Assembly: GCA_964492175.1 (NCBI GenBank)
Contig: CAZBJI010000014.1
Location: forward strand, 301-52,830
Length of the DNA stretch: 52,530 nucleotides
From: an uncultured Polyangiaceae bacterium
GTDB taxonomy: Bacteria > Myxococcota_A > Polyangia > Polyangiales > Polyangiaceae
Direction of reading: 5' to 3'
A model generated the notes under the pieces. That model saw nothing but the letters and a program-made list of their open reading frames with translations, searched no databases and was not told the DNA's origin. The translations under genes were made by a program, and so were the position numbers. Shown in pieces: positions 36,267-45,789 of this stretch; the first letter of the stretch is position 1, and every line of letters begins with the position of its first letter.

Positions 36267-36285
36267 CGACGCCCAGGCGGGCGCG

Positions 36286-38151
36286 TCAGTCGCGGCTCAG
36301 GATGGTGCCGCCGCGCCCGACCGCCCAGACCTCTCCCGACGAGGCCACCCACACGCCCCGCAGCGAGTTCCAGGTCGGGGCGTCCGCGCCTACCCAGCGC
36401 GTACCATCGAAGCGCTGGGCCTCGCCGAAGTCGTCGGCCACCGCCCAGACGTCCGAGGGGCCGCTGCCGAAGACGGCCAGGAGGTCGTCGTCGATCGTCC
36501 CGCTCGACTCCGCCCACGTGCTCCCGTCGAAGTGCGCCATGGTGCCCTGGACGCCCACGACCCACACGTCGCTCTCGGACGATCCCCACACGGCGAACAG
36601 GCCCAGACCGGTGCCGACGTCGACGGGAGACCAGACGCCGCCGTCCCAGCGCAGCGCGGTCCCGAAGTCGCCGACCGCCCAAGCGTCGTCGGGCCCGCTC
36701 GCCCAGACGCCGTGGAGCGTCTCCGCCGTCCCGCTGGCCGACGGCGTCCAGGCCGCCCCGTCCCATCGCAGGATGGTCCCTGCGTCGCCCACCGCCCACG
36801 CGAAGCCCGCGCCGACCCACACGCCCCGGAGGGTCGACGAGATCCCGCTCGGCTCGGGCGACCAGGCGGCGCCGTCGTAGTGGAGGGTGGTGCCCCCTTC
36901 GCCCACGGCCCAGATGTCGCCGGCGCTGACGCCGGCGATGGCGTGCAAGACGCTCGCGGCCCCGCTGACCACGGGTGACCACGCGACCCCATCCCAGCGC
37001 AGCAGGGCCCCCTGGAAGTCCCCTCCGACCGCCCACACGTCGGACGGCCCGCTGCCCCACACACCCTCGAGGCGATCCATCGGCCCGCTGCCGGAGCGTG
37101 CCCAGCTCGAGCCGCCCCACCGCATCATCGTGCCGGTCCGACCGACGGCCCACACGTCGCCCGGCCCCGTCCCCCACAGCGCACGGAGGGGAGCGGGCGC
37201 GTCTGGGTCGATCGGCGACCATTGGTTCCCGTCCCAATGCAACGTGAGGTCGCCCGCCGCGGCCCAGACGTCGGCCGGGCCGCTCCCCCAGAGCGCCTCG
37301 ACGCTGCCCATCGTGGTCGAGCTGGACCATTGGTTGCCGTCGTAATGGAACACCCCCTCCTGTCCGGCGACCCACACGTCGTCGGGGCCAGAGCCCCAGA
37401 CGTCGGTCAGGTCCTCCACCGCGCCTACGTCCGACGGCGTCCACGAGGCGCCGTCCCACCGCACGACCGTCCCCGTGTCGCCCACTGCCCAGACGTCGGC
37501 CGGGCCGCTCCCCCAGACCGCCGTGAGCGCGTACCCCGCGATGTCCGCGGGGGTGGACCACGCCACGCCATCCCAATGGGAGGCGACGCCCGTGTTGGGT
37601 CCCCCGACCACCCAGACGTCGTCGCTGGCGCTTCCCCAGATCCCGCTGCAATGGAACGGGCCTCCGTCCGCCGGGGCCCAAGAGGCGCCGTCCCAGTGCC
37701 AAATGCCGCTCGAGCCGCCCCAGCTCACGGCCCAGACGTCGTCGGCCGCGCTCCCCCAGATGTCCCGCATGTTGCTGAAGCCACTCACGCCGCCGACGTC
37801 GAGCCACGTCGCGCCGTCCCAGCGCAAGACGGCGCCGCTGTCCCCCATCGCCCACACGTCATCGGGCGAGCTGCCCCAGACGGCGCTGAGGTCGTTGCCC
37901 TGCGGCAGCGGGTTCTCCCAACACCAGCCGCCGTCGCCGCAGCCGCTCCCCGCGCCGCCGCCGTTGCCCGATCCGCCCTGGCCCTGCCCGCCCACACCGG
38001 TCGTCGTCGGGGCGCTGCCGCCTTGTCCAGCGCCGGTCGCGCTCACGCCGGATGCCGCCGAACCGTCCAAGGCGTCGTCGCTGCAGCCGAGGGAGCCCCC
38101 GAGCCCGGCGACGAGGCCCAGCGCGAGGGAGAAGGGACGCAGAGTGTGCAT
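36286..38151 (-). CDS. tandem-repeat (beta-propeller-like) lipoprotein
   Basis: Lipobox LGGSLGC, then a Gly-rich linker. About 17 repeats follow, each ~30 aa, of the form (V/I)WGSGPxDVWAVGxxGTxLRWDGxxWS. Confidence 0.7.
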   Translation of the reverse strand: MHTLRPFSLALGLVAGLGGSLGCSDDALDGSAASGVSATGAGQGGSAPTTTGVGGQGQGGSGNGGGAGSGCGDGGWCWENPLPQGNDLSAVWGSSPDDVWAMGDSGAVLRWDGATWLDVGGVSGFSNMRDIWGSAADDVWAVSWGGSSGIWHWDGASWAPADGGPFHCSGIWGSASDDVWVVGGPNTGVASHWDGVAWSTPADIAGYALTAVWGSGPADVWAVGDTGTVVRWDGASWTPSDVGAVEDLTDVWGSGPDDVWVAGQEGVFHYDGNQWSSSTTMGSVEALWGSGPADVWAAAGDLTLHWDGNQWSPIDPDAPAPLRALWGTGPGDVWAVGRTGTMMRWGGSSWARSGSGPMDRLEGVWGSGPSDVWAVGGDFQGALLRWDGVAWSPVVSGAASVLHAIAGVSAGDIWAVGEGGTTLHYDGAAWSPEPSGISSTLRGVWVGAGFAWAVGDAGTILRWDGAAWTPSASGTAETLHGVWASGPDDAWAVGDFGTALRWDGGVWSPVDVGTGLGLFAVWGSSESDVWVVGVQGTMAHFDGSTWAESSGTIDDDLLAVFGSGPSDVWAVADDFGEAQRFDGTRWVGADAPTWNSLRGVWVASSGEVWAVGRGGTILSRD

Positions 38152-38254
38152 GAACGCTACCTCCGTGGTCGGCGCGCAGCGCGCTGTGAGCAGGATAGCG
38201 CGGCTCTCGTCGAGACCGCACGGCGCGTCCGCCCCTCGGGCGACGAGAAGCTGC

Positions 38255-38806
38255 TCAGTCCCAGCCGATCTCGAGCTGTGTCCGAGGGGCGCCGGCCCAG
38301 CGCCGCTCCACGAAGCGCCCCGCGGCGTTGCGCCCGCCCGCGAGCTCGACGAGGCTCTCGAAGAAGCCGAGCGTCTGAAACGAGGCGGTCTCCTCGGCCA
38401 CGTCTCCCATCTCGTAGGCGATGTCGACGATGGCGCGCCCCTCCTCGGCCGCGGCGACCGTCACCGCGGGGTAGTCGAAGAAGCTCGTGCCGAGCACCTT
38501 GAACCGGCGCATCGTCTCGACGGGCTCCCCCTCCACCACGAGGTCGGGGAAGCGGGCGCGGACGGAATTGACCTGGAAGCGCCCCCACATCCGGACGCCC
38601 TCCAGCTGGCCGTGCGCGACCTCTCTCAGGATGCCCACGCCCAGTCGCTCGAACGTCTCCATGGGGTACCACCCGTCCGGATCGACGGTCGTCAGGACGA
38701 TCGCGAGGTCCTCGGGCTCCAGGTGCGCGGACCAGTCGACGTCCTTCTTGCCACGGACCATGCGGACGTAGTCGACGAACAGGATCCCACGGACGCGACG
38801 CTGCAA
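38255..38806 (-). CDS. hypothetical protein (possibly the myxobacterial paralogous family TIGR02265/DUF2378)
   Basis: 183 aa with GC3 bias. The N-terminus RGILFVDYVRMVRGKKDVDW resembles H-NOX/V4R-like ligand-binding domains. The protein is about the size of that family. Confidence 0.4.
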   Translation of the reverse strand: MQRRVRGILFVDYVRMVRGKKDVDWSAHLEPEDLAIVLTTVDPDGWYPMETFERLGVGILREVAHGQLEGVRMWGRFQVNSVRARFPDLVVEGEPVETMRRFKVLGTSFFDYPAVTVAAAEEGRAIVDIAYEMGDVAEETASFQTLGFFESLVELAGGRNAAGRFVERRWAGAPRTQLEIGWD

Positions 38807-38881
38807 TCAGTCTCCTCTCGGGCGCGAGCGCACCAAGATGTCACCCTTGTGCCCAGATTGCACGAGGGTTCGTCGCGCGGG

Positions 38882-40278
38882 CTACGGATGGAACCGGCCG
38901 CTCCGCGCGGAGAGACGACGCAGGAGCTCGGGCGCCTCGAACGCGGCGCCCAGCTTGCGCGCGTAGTGATCGAGGCGGGCGACGATCTCCCCTGCGCCCA
39001 CGGCGTCCACGTAGCGGAATGGCCCGCCGCGGAACGGCGGGAAGCCTGCGCCTCGCACGGCGGCCACGTCTCCGGCTTCGGGGCTCGCGACGAGCCCCTC
39101 GGAGAGGGCTCGCGTCGCCGCGACCACGACGGGGAGCGCGCAGCGCATCTGCACCTCCTCTCGGGCGAGCGGCTGGCGCGCGGCGCTCGGGACCGGAGCC
39201 TCGCCGGGGACGCCGACGAACCCCCACGCGGCGAGGGAGTCCGCGACCACGGCAGGCGAGACCCCGACGTCGACCAGACGCGCGACCGCGCTCGTCAACG
39301 CAGCTTCCAGCCGCGCGACGTACGCCGCGGCGCGATCCGATCCGAGCCCGGCCGCGAGATCCGCGAGGCCCAGCGCCGCGAGCGCGCTGGCGACGTCGCC
39401 CCGCGCCGCAGGGAGGTCGCCCCCATCGCACGCGCGCGCGCGAGCCGCGCTCAGCCAGGAGAGCTCGCGCGCCACCGACGAGAGCGCCAGCTCGCCGTAC
39501 ACCTCCGCCTCGAGGAGGTCGGCTCCGTCGGCGCCTCGCGCCGCCACGCGCTCGAGCAGCTCGAGGGCTCTCTCTGGCGCCGGGTAGTGTCCTCGCGTCG
39601 CGGCCAGGAGCTCACGCCGCGCGCGTGGCAACAGCCGCCGATCCGGGGTGCCTCTCCCGACGGGGCGTCGCGCTGGAGCGAGCGCTCCGGCGCGATGGCG
39701 CGCCGCGAGCTGGCGCGCCATCTCCGCGGCCCGCTCCGGGACCTCCCCTGGCCGCGCGACGGCGTCGATCAAGCCGAGCTCCAGGGCGCGCGGCGCGCCG
39801 ATCCGCGCGCCGCGCACCCCGAGGTCGAGCGCGACGTCGACGCCAGCGAGCTCGACCGTGCGCGCCAGGCCCCCGAGGTGCGGCGGCAGCCCACGCGCGA
39901 AGTCCACGAGCCCGAGCTCCAGGCGGTCGGACGCCACGCGGGCCGCGCACGCGAGCGCGACCTCCGCCGCGGGCCCGACCACGCGGCCATCCAGCGCCGC
40001 GACGACCGGCCTCGGCGAGCCTGCCAGGCGTCGCAGGGCCGTCTGCTCCGCGCGGCAGCGGGCCTCGGCGTGGGCTCGGCTCTCGGGTGCGTCGTGCCAC
40101 GCCCGACCAGGGCCCGACCAGACGAGCACCCCCGCGCTGGCGTGCGGAGCGGCCGCGATCGCCTCCACCGCCGCGTGGATGGCCTCGGCGAGGCCGCTGC
40201 GCAGCGCGCTCCGTCCGGGGGCAAGGACCAGCTCGACGACGAAGGCGTCTTCTCGCTCGGCGCTCGGCTCGCCCGACA
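38882..40278 (-). CDS. enoyl-CoA hydratase/isomerase domain fused to a 3-hydroxyacyl-CoA dehydrogenase C-terminal domain (FadB/FadJ-like, without a canonical NAD-binding Rossmann segment)
   Basis: This is the real ~465 aa C-terminal part of track ORF 38882..40666, starting MSGEPSAEREDAFVVELVLAPGR. It has the crotonase oxyanion region (AALDGRVVGPAAEVALACAARVAS) and a 3HCDH_C-like C-terminus (GFPPFRGGPFRYVDAVGAGEIVARLDHYARKLG). I do not see a GxGxxG motif. Confidence 0.55.
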
Positions 40279-40403
40279 TACTGGCGCATGCTCGTTGTGC
40301 GCGCGCCCCGCGGTCAACGCCCAGCTTTGGTTTGCGGCTCGAGAGCGCCCGGACTAAGACCGACGAGCCCTCGCGGGCGACGTCCGACAGCCGAGCCGCG
40401 CCG

Positions 40404-41612
40404 ATGAACGAGAAAGCCGCCCCCACAGCCGAGCCCGTCGCACCCCCCGACGAGACGAAGGGGCTCGCGACGCGCGCGGCCGTCGTCGGCGTCGTCGCGG
40501 CGGGCGTCGGGCTCTTCCTTCGCAGCCTCGGCAAGGCCCAGGAGCAGGTCGTCAAGGACCTGACGGAGAAGATTGGCCGCGAGCGCTCCAAGGACGCCAT
40601 CGCGTCCCTCTCCGCCGAGCGGCAGGTGCTGGACAGCTTGATGGGCATCGAGCTCGCGCTCGGCACGGGCCTCCTCTCGCTCGGCGCAGCCCTGGTGGTG
40701 GCGGCGGGGCTCGTGTTCGGGTTCGGGGTCAGGCCCCGCAGAGCGATCCTCGTGCTGTTCCCGCCGCTCCTCTACGTCGCGGTCTACTCCGTCTACATGT
40801 GCTCGCCCGAGAACGGGATCGAGTCGCTCGCGGTCACGGGCCTGTTGGGTTTCGCCATCCTGGCCTACGCGACGAGCGGACCGAACGAGCGCGCCCGGAG
40901 GGAGCTCGCGCAGTTCCGCCTCTTCCCGACGCGCGTGGAGGTCTTCGAGCCCGAGGGAGACAGCCCGCCCTACCGCGCGGCGTACGTGAAGAGCCAGCTG
41001 ATGGTGCAGAAGCTCCTCCGCGAGGTCTCCACGCTCCCGCCCGAGCTCGCGCGGCTCCTCCCGCAGGTAGGGGAGGGAAGGCCCGTCGGGTACTTCCAGC
41101 TCAAGAAGGGCATCGCCTACGTCGCGGTCGTGGAAGCGGACGCCTACAACGTCAGCGACTTCTGCACGATCCTCCTCTCGCTCGAGGAGCCCGCGCCGCG
41201 CTTCGTCGCGCGGCCGCTCCCGATCGTCGAGGGGAAGAAGGTCGCGAACACCGGGGTCAAGTTCAAGGATGATCCCGAGTTCACCGCGGAGTTCCTGGTG
41301 GAGGCGGCCCAAGGCACCGCCGCCGCGGACGTGCGGGCGTTCTTGTCGGACGAGGTGCGGGACGAGCTCTTGGAGCTGCCTCAGACCTGGCTCCTCGTGG
41401 AGCCGCACGCGATGGCGGTCACCGTCTACGGCGCCTTCGACGCGGACATCGCGGATCGCCTCGTGACGCTCGCGGACGTGATCTTCGCGGAGTACGGCGC
41501 GGAGGGCGGGCCCTCGCTGTTCGAGCCGGACGGCGCCGTGGACTCCGGGGGCAAGCGGATCAAGAAGAAGAAGAGGAAGCCTGCGGAGCCGGGCGCTTCG
41601 GCCACGGCGTGA
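40404..41612 (+). CDS. hypothetical membrane protein with a Lys-rich C-terminal tail
   Basis: This is the real C-terminal 402 aa of track ORF 39648..41612, starting MNEKAAPTAEP. It has 3 to 4 TM helices. The C-terminal GKRIKKKKRKP is encoded by an (AAG)n run. Its stop overlaps the btpA start as ATGA. Confidence 0.55.
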   Translation: MNEKAAPTAEPVAPPDETKGLATRAAVVGVVAAGVGLFLRSLGKAQEQVVKDLTEKIGRERSKDAIASLSAERQVLDSLMGIELALGTGLLSLGAALVVAAGLVFGFGVRPRRAILVLFPPLLYVAVYSVYMCSPENGIESLAVTGLLGFAILAYATSGPNERARRELAQFRLFPTRVEVFEPEGDSPPYRAAYVKSQLMVQKLLREVSTLPPELARLLPQVGEGRPVGYFQLKKGIAYVAVVEADAYNVSDFCTILLSLEEPAPRFVARPLPIVEGKKVANTGVKFKDDPEFTAEFLVEAAQGTAAADVRAFLSDEVRDELLELPQTWLLVEPHAMAVTVYGAFDADIADRLVTLADVIFAEYGAEGGPSLFEPDGAVDSGGKRIKKKKRKPAEPGASATA

Positions 41613-42442
41613 TGAGCGTCCCGTCCCTCATCGGCACCATCCACCTGCGACCCCTACCGGGCAGCCCGCGGTTCGGGGGAGACCTGGCGGCGGTCGCCGC
41701 GGCCTGCGGGAGGGATGCGGCCGCGCTCGCCGAGGCGGGGTTCGACGGCATCGTGGTGGAGAACTACGGCGACGCCCCCTTCGAGCCGGGGTCCGTCGCG
41801 CCGGTCACGGTGGCCGCGATGACGCGCTGCGCGCTGGCTGCGCGATCGTCGGCGCCCCTGCTCGCGCTCGGGGTCAACGTCCTCCGCAACGACGCGGAGG
41901 CCGCGGTCGCGGTGGCGGTCGCCGCGGGGGCCGCCTTCGTCCGCGTGAACGTCCACACGGGGGCGCGGCTGACGGACCAAGGTGTCATCTCGGGCGCGGC
42001 GCACAAGACACTGCGGCTCCGGCGCGAGCTCGGGGCGGGCGCGGTCCTCCTCTTGTGCGACGTGGACGTGAAGCACTCGGCGCCCCTCGCGCCCCGCCCG
42101 ATCGGCGAGGAGGCGCATGACCTCGTGGACCGAGGAGGCGCCGACGCCGTCCTGGTGACCGGCAGCGGCACCGGCCGGGAGGTCGCGCTCCGCGATCTCG
42201 ACGAGGTCCTCCGCGCCGTCACCGCGCCGGTGCTGGTGGCCAGCGGCGTCACGGAGGCCGCGCTCCCGTCGCTGCGGCGCGCGCACGGTGTCATCGTGGG
42301 CTCGTGCCTGCGCACCGACGGGCGAGCTGGCGGGCCCGTGGATCCGTCGCTCGCGCGGCGCTTCGCGGACGCGTACCGTGCGATGCGGCAGGCGCACGCG
42401 GAGGGCCGGCTGGAGTCGGTCCCACCGCCGGGCGTGGCCTGA
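41609..42442 (+). CDS. BtpA/SgcQ family (TIM-barrel) protein
   Basis: 277 aa. The N-terminus LIGTIHLRPLPGSP is the characteristic BtpA family start. A D-G-hhVEN segment is also present. Confidence 0.7.
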   Translation: MMSVPSLIGTIHLRPLPGSPRFGGDLAAVAAACGRDAAALAEAGFDGIVVENYGDAPFEPGSVAPVTVAAMTRCALAARSSAPLLALGVNVLRNDAEAAVAVAVAAGAAFVRVNVHTGARLTDQGVISGAAHKTLRLRRELGAGAVLLLCDVDVKHSAPLAPRPIGEEAHDLVDRGGADAVLVTGSGTGREVALRDLDEVLRAVTAPVLVASGVTEAALPSLRRAHGVIVGSCLRTDGRAGGPVDPSLARRFADAYRAMRQAHAEGRLESVPPPGVA

Positions 42443-42451
42443 GGAGGGCTT

Positions 42452-42491
42452 GGGGGGCGAGGCCTCATCGGGCCGCCAGACGTCGCCCCCC
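42452..42491 (+). terminator. GC-rich hairpin (9-bp stem GGGGGGCGA/TCGCCCCCC, ~22-nt loop) just downstream of btpA
   Basis: The inverted repeat 42452..42460 and 42483..42491 sits 10 nt after the btpA stop. No U-tract follows, which is common in high-GC genomes. This is a speculative intrinsic terminator. Confidence 0.25.
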
Positions 42492-42527
42492 TCCCTGGCC
42501 CGCTAAGCGCTGGCCGCCCGGCTCGGC

Positions 42528-43067
42528 TTGAGGCAGGCTCCTGCCATGACGCGCGCAGCACCGCTCGGGCTCCTCCTGTTGGCCTCGCTCACCGCCTGCG
42601 AGGCGGCCCCACGGGTGCAGGCCGAGCCGACGCCGCCCACGGAGACCGCGCCCACCGCGGCGGCGCCCAGGCAGACCGCAGGCGCCCTGACCGAGTCGTT
42701 CGCGGGCAAGTCCTTCGGAGAGAGGATCACCGCGGAGAACGAGGTCGCGCTCGCCAGCATCGCGGCCGAGCCGGCGAAGTTCACCGACCAGGTCGTGAAG
42801 ACCACCGGCGTCGTCCAGGCCGTCTGTCAGAAGGCCGGCTGCTGGATGGAGATCGGCGACGCCGAGAAGCGCGCGCACATCAAGATGGCTGGGCACGCCT
42901 TCCTCGTCCCCAAGAGCGCGAGCGGTCACCGGGCCATCGTCCAGGGCACGGTGAAGGGCGGTGAGCCCACCAACGCTTGCGGGAGCGGGGACTCCTGCGG
43001 AGGTCACGCCAACGGCGCGTTGGCGAAGCTCGAGATCGTCGCGACGGGCGTCGAGTTTCTCGACTGA
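42528..43067 (+). CDS. DUF4920-like lipoprotein
   Basis: Signal peptide and lipobox LLASLTAC, then a Pro/Thr-rich linker. The conserved VVQAVCQKAGCWMEIGD core is present. 179 aa. Confidence 0.6.
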   Translation: MRQAPAMTRAAPLGLLLLASLTACEAAPRVQAEPTPPTETAPTAAAPRQTAGALTESFAGKSFGERITAENEVALASIAAEPAKFTDQVVKTTGVVQAVCQKAGCWMEIGDAEKRAHIKMAGHAFLVPKSASGHRAIVQGTVKGGEPTNACGSGDSCGGHANGALAKLEIVATGVEFLD

Positions 43068-43093
43068 GTCGGCCGCGGCCCAGGCGTGATACC

Positions 43094-44692
43094 GTGCCTC
43101 ATCACGCGCTCGTGAGCACCGTCATCGATAGAAGGTACCGGCTCGTCCGCCAGCTGGGAGTAGGCGGGATGGGGGTCGTCTGGGAGGCCGAGCACACGGG
43201 CGTCGGGCGCCGCGTTGCGCTCAAGCTGCTGCACAAGGCCCTCGTCGAGAAGGAGGGCTCGATGCTCAGCAGGCTCCAGCGCGAAGCGCGGCTCGCCGGC
43301 TCGCTCGAGAGCCCGCACATCGCCACGGTGCTCGACACCGGGGTCGATCCGGACTCGGGCTCTCCCTACCTGGTGATGGAGTACCTGGTCGGGGAGGATC
43401 TCGCGACGCTCATCTCCCGCGCCGGCAAGCTGCCCGTCTCCTTGGCGCTGCGGATCGCGGCCCAGGCGTCGCTCGGCCTGAAGAAGGCGCACGACGCCAA
43501 GATCATCCACCGCGACGTCAAGCCGGCGAACATCTTCCTCGCGCGGAGGGACGGCAAGGTGACCGTGAAGGTGGTCGACTTCGGCATCGCCAAGCTGCGC
43601 GTGGACGAGCTCGCCTCCTCCCTCGAAGGCGCGGCGCTCACGCGAACCGGGAGCCTGATCGGCTCTCCGCTGTTCATGTCCCCGGAGCAGGCGCGCGGCG
43701 TGAAGGGCCTCGACCACCGCGCGGACGTCTGGTCGCTCGGGGTCGTCCTCTTCAACATGCTCACGGGCCGGACGCCCTACGAGAGCATCGACGCGCTCGG
43801 GGAGCTCATCCTGGCGATCTGCTCCGTCTCCTCCCCGTCCGTGCGCGACTACACCCCCGAGGTGCCGATGGACGTCGCGGAGCTCGTCCAGCGCGCGCTC
43901 CAGATCGCCCCGACCGCCCGCTTCCAGGATGCCGGGGAGATGTACGAGGCGCTCCGCTCCAAGATCGACGGGCCGATGGACATCGAGGAGTCGGTCCTGG
44001 AGCAGTTCCCGGAGCTGGGGCCTCGTAGCCGTCGCGTCGTGGTGGAGACGCCCGCGGGCGGCACCGAGCTGCTCGCAGACGGCCAGGCCCGCGACGCCTC
44101 CGGCTCCCGGAGCGATCCGGCCGTCGCCGTCGGGTCGGTCTCGATGACGATGGCGAACCCGCCGTCGGCCGACGGGGCCGCGGCAGCGGGCTCGGCCGGC
44201 CCGCCGGTGCTCGCGGTGAGCGCGGGTCCCGTCGGATCGGCGATCGGGAGCGAGACGCGAGAGAGCGCGACCTCGCCGTCAGGCGTCGCCGACCCCGCAC
44301 GCGCCGCCGCGCCGCGGGGCGGAGGTAGCAACCTCGGCAAGATCGCCGGCGCAGCGGCTGCGGTGGGCGTGGGCGCGCTGGCCGCCTGGGCGCTCCTCTC
44401 GGGCCCCTCATCCGGCTCCGCCCCTCGGGCAGCCGGCACGCAGGGCGCGGCGCCGACCGCCACCTCGGCCGTTGACGTCGCTGCGTCGGAGACGGTCGTC
44501 GTCTCCACCGCGAGCGTCGCGCCTTCCGTCGCGCCCACGGTGACCGTGGAGGCCTCCTCGGCACCGCCCGCGCCGGATCCGTCCGCCTCGGCCGCGCCGG
44601 CCGAGAGGCCTCGGCCAGGTCCCATGGGAGGCCCGACCGGGCGGCCCACGGCGAAGCCAGTAGACACGTCGGGGTTCGGCGATCGAAAGTAG
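43094..44692 (+). CDS. eukaryotic-like Ser/Thr protein kinase with a C-terminal membrane anchor
   Basis: The kinase subdomains are present (GVGGMGVVWEA, VALK, HRDVKPANIFL, DFGIAK, SPEQ). A Pro/Ala/Ser-rich linker and a TM helix (IAGAAAAVGVGALAAWALL) follow. The first ATG of the track ORF (42977) lies inside the upstream gene, so I place the start at the in-frame GTG at 43094 or 43112. Confidence 0.85.
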   Translation: MPHHALVSTVIDRRYRLVRQLGVGGMGVVWEAEHTGVGRRVALKLLHKALVEKEGSMLSRLQREARLAGSLESPHIATVLDTGVDPDSGSPYLVMEYLVGEDLATLISRAGKLPVSLALRIAAQASLGLKKAHDAKIIHRDVKPANIFLARRDGKVTVKVVDFGIAKLRVDELASSLEGAALTRTGSLIGSPLFMSPEQARGVKGLDHRADVWSLGVVLFNMLTGRTPYESIDALGELILAICSVSSPSVRDYTPEVPMDVAELVQRALQIAPTARFQDAGEMYEALRSKIDGPMDIEESVLEQFPELGPRSRRVVVETPAGGTELLADGQARDASGSRSDPAVAVGSVSMTMANPPSADGAAAAGSAGPPVLAVSAGPVGSAIGSETRESATSPSGVADPARAAAPRGGGSNLGKIAGAAAAVGVGALAAWALLSGPSSGSAPRAAGTQGAAPTATSAVDVAASETVVVSTASVAPSVAPTVTVEASSAPPAPDPSASAAPAERPRPGPMGGPTGRPTAKPVDTSGFGDRK

Positions 44693-44700
44693 CGAAAGCT

Positions 44701-45789
44701 ATGCGGGGTCGATCCGAGCGGGCAAGCACGCGTCTCATGAGGTTGGGGTCCGTCGTCGCGCTCGCGGGGCTCGCGGCGTCGGTGGCGCTCGGGCTAGAGC
44801 GTGGCGGCAACGCGTGGGTGTCTCCGGCGTACGGGCAGCCCTCCTCGAACGACAAGGCGGCCGCTGAGGCGCTCTTCGACGAAGGCAAGAAGCTCATTGA
44901 GGCGAAGAGCTACGCGGCGGCGTGCGGCAAGTTCGAGGCGAGCCTCAAGCTGGACCCAGGGATCGGCACGCTGCTGTTCCTCGGCGAGTGCTACGAGCGG
45001 ACGGACCGCTTCGCGAGCGCGTGGGCCACGTTCCGCGAGGCCGCGGCGCTGGCGAAGGTCGGGAACGACCCGAAGCGGGAGCAGATCGCGAGGGATCGAG
45101 CCGACGCTCTCGAGCCGAAGCTCTTTCGCCTCACCGTCGCGGTCGTCGAGCGGGTCCCAGGCCTCGTCGTCAAGCGCGACGGAGAGCCCCTCTCGGACGC
45201 AACCTGGGGGGTCGGGGTCCCCGTGGACAGCGGCGAGCACACGATCGAGGCGTCCGCCGAGGGATACGTCTCCTTCAAGAAGGTGATCCAGACGCCCGGC
45301 GCGCCCGGACAGGAGACGGTGGCGGTCCCGAAGCTCGAGCGCGATCTCACGCCCGTCGCGCCGCCGAGCGCTTCGGCGGCGCCTCCCGCGTCTGCCTCGG
45401 TGGCCCCGCCGCCCCCCCCGCCGCCGCCGGAGGAGCGCGGCTCGGGACTCCTCATCGGAGGGCTCGTGGTCGGAGGGGTCGGGGTCATCGGCATGGCCGT
45501 GACGGGCGCGCTCCTCGGCGTCGCCACCTCCACCTACCGCGACGGCGATCAGTTCTGCGACGGCACCGTGTGCAGCGATCCGCGCGGGGTGGAGGCGGCG
45601 GACGACGCCCGCGCGCTCGGCGACGTCGGGACGGGGACGCTCATCGGCAGCCTCGCGCTGCTGGGGACCGGGGCGGTGCTCCTCGTGGTCCACTTCGCGT
45701 CGGGGCCCTCGGCGCCCGACTCCACGGTCCAGGTCGGGCTCGCGCCCCGCCCAGGTGGCGCCGCGCTCGGCCTCTGGGGGCGGTTCTGA
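44701..45789 (+). CDS. secreted/membrane protein with a PEGA-like domain, a poly-Pro linker and a C-terminal TM region
   Basis: The signal peptide is either MRLGSVVALAGLAASVALG or begins at 44701. A PEGA-like segment (RLTVAVVERVPGLVVKRDGEPLSDATWGVGVPVDSGEHTIEASAEGY) is present. PPPPPPPP is encoded by a C8 tract. Two or three TM helices follow. Its TGA overlaps the next gene's ATG as TGATG. Confidence 0.6.
   Translation: MRGRSERASTRLMRLGSVVALAGLAASVALGLERGGNAWVSPAYGQPSSNDKAAAEALFDEGKKLIEAKSYAAACGKFEASLKLDPGIGTLLFLGECYERTDRFASAWATFREAAALAKVGNDPKREQIARDRADALEPKLFRLTVAVVERVPGLVVKRDGEPLSDATWGVGVPVDSGEHTIEASAEGYVSFKKVIQTPGAPGQETVAVPKLERDLTPVAPPSASAAPPASASVAPPPPPPPPEERGSGLLIGGLVVGGVGVIGMAVTGALLGVATSTYRDGDQFCDGTVCSDPRGVEAADDARALGDVGTGTLIGSLALLGTGAVLLVVHFASGPSAPDSTVQVGLAPRPGGAALGLWGRF

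Noticed and set aside
37222-40357. + ORFs 37222..38502 and 37475..40357 (960 aa), and 39019..40407, all R/P/A-rich
   Set aside because: They are shadows of the repeat-lipoprotein, DUF2378-like and crotonase genes on the minus strand.
45406-45421. C8 homopolymer / poly-Pro codon run inside the PEGA-domain gene
   Set aside because: It encodes a PPPPPPPP linker in frame. It is a homopolymer but consistent with a flexible linker, and it is less slip-prone in context than the G9 tract. I treated it as ordinary.
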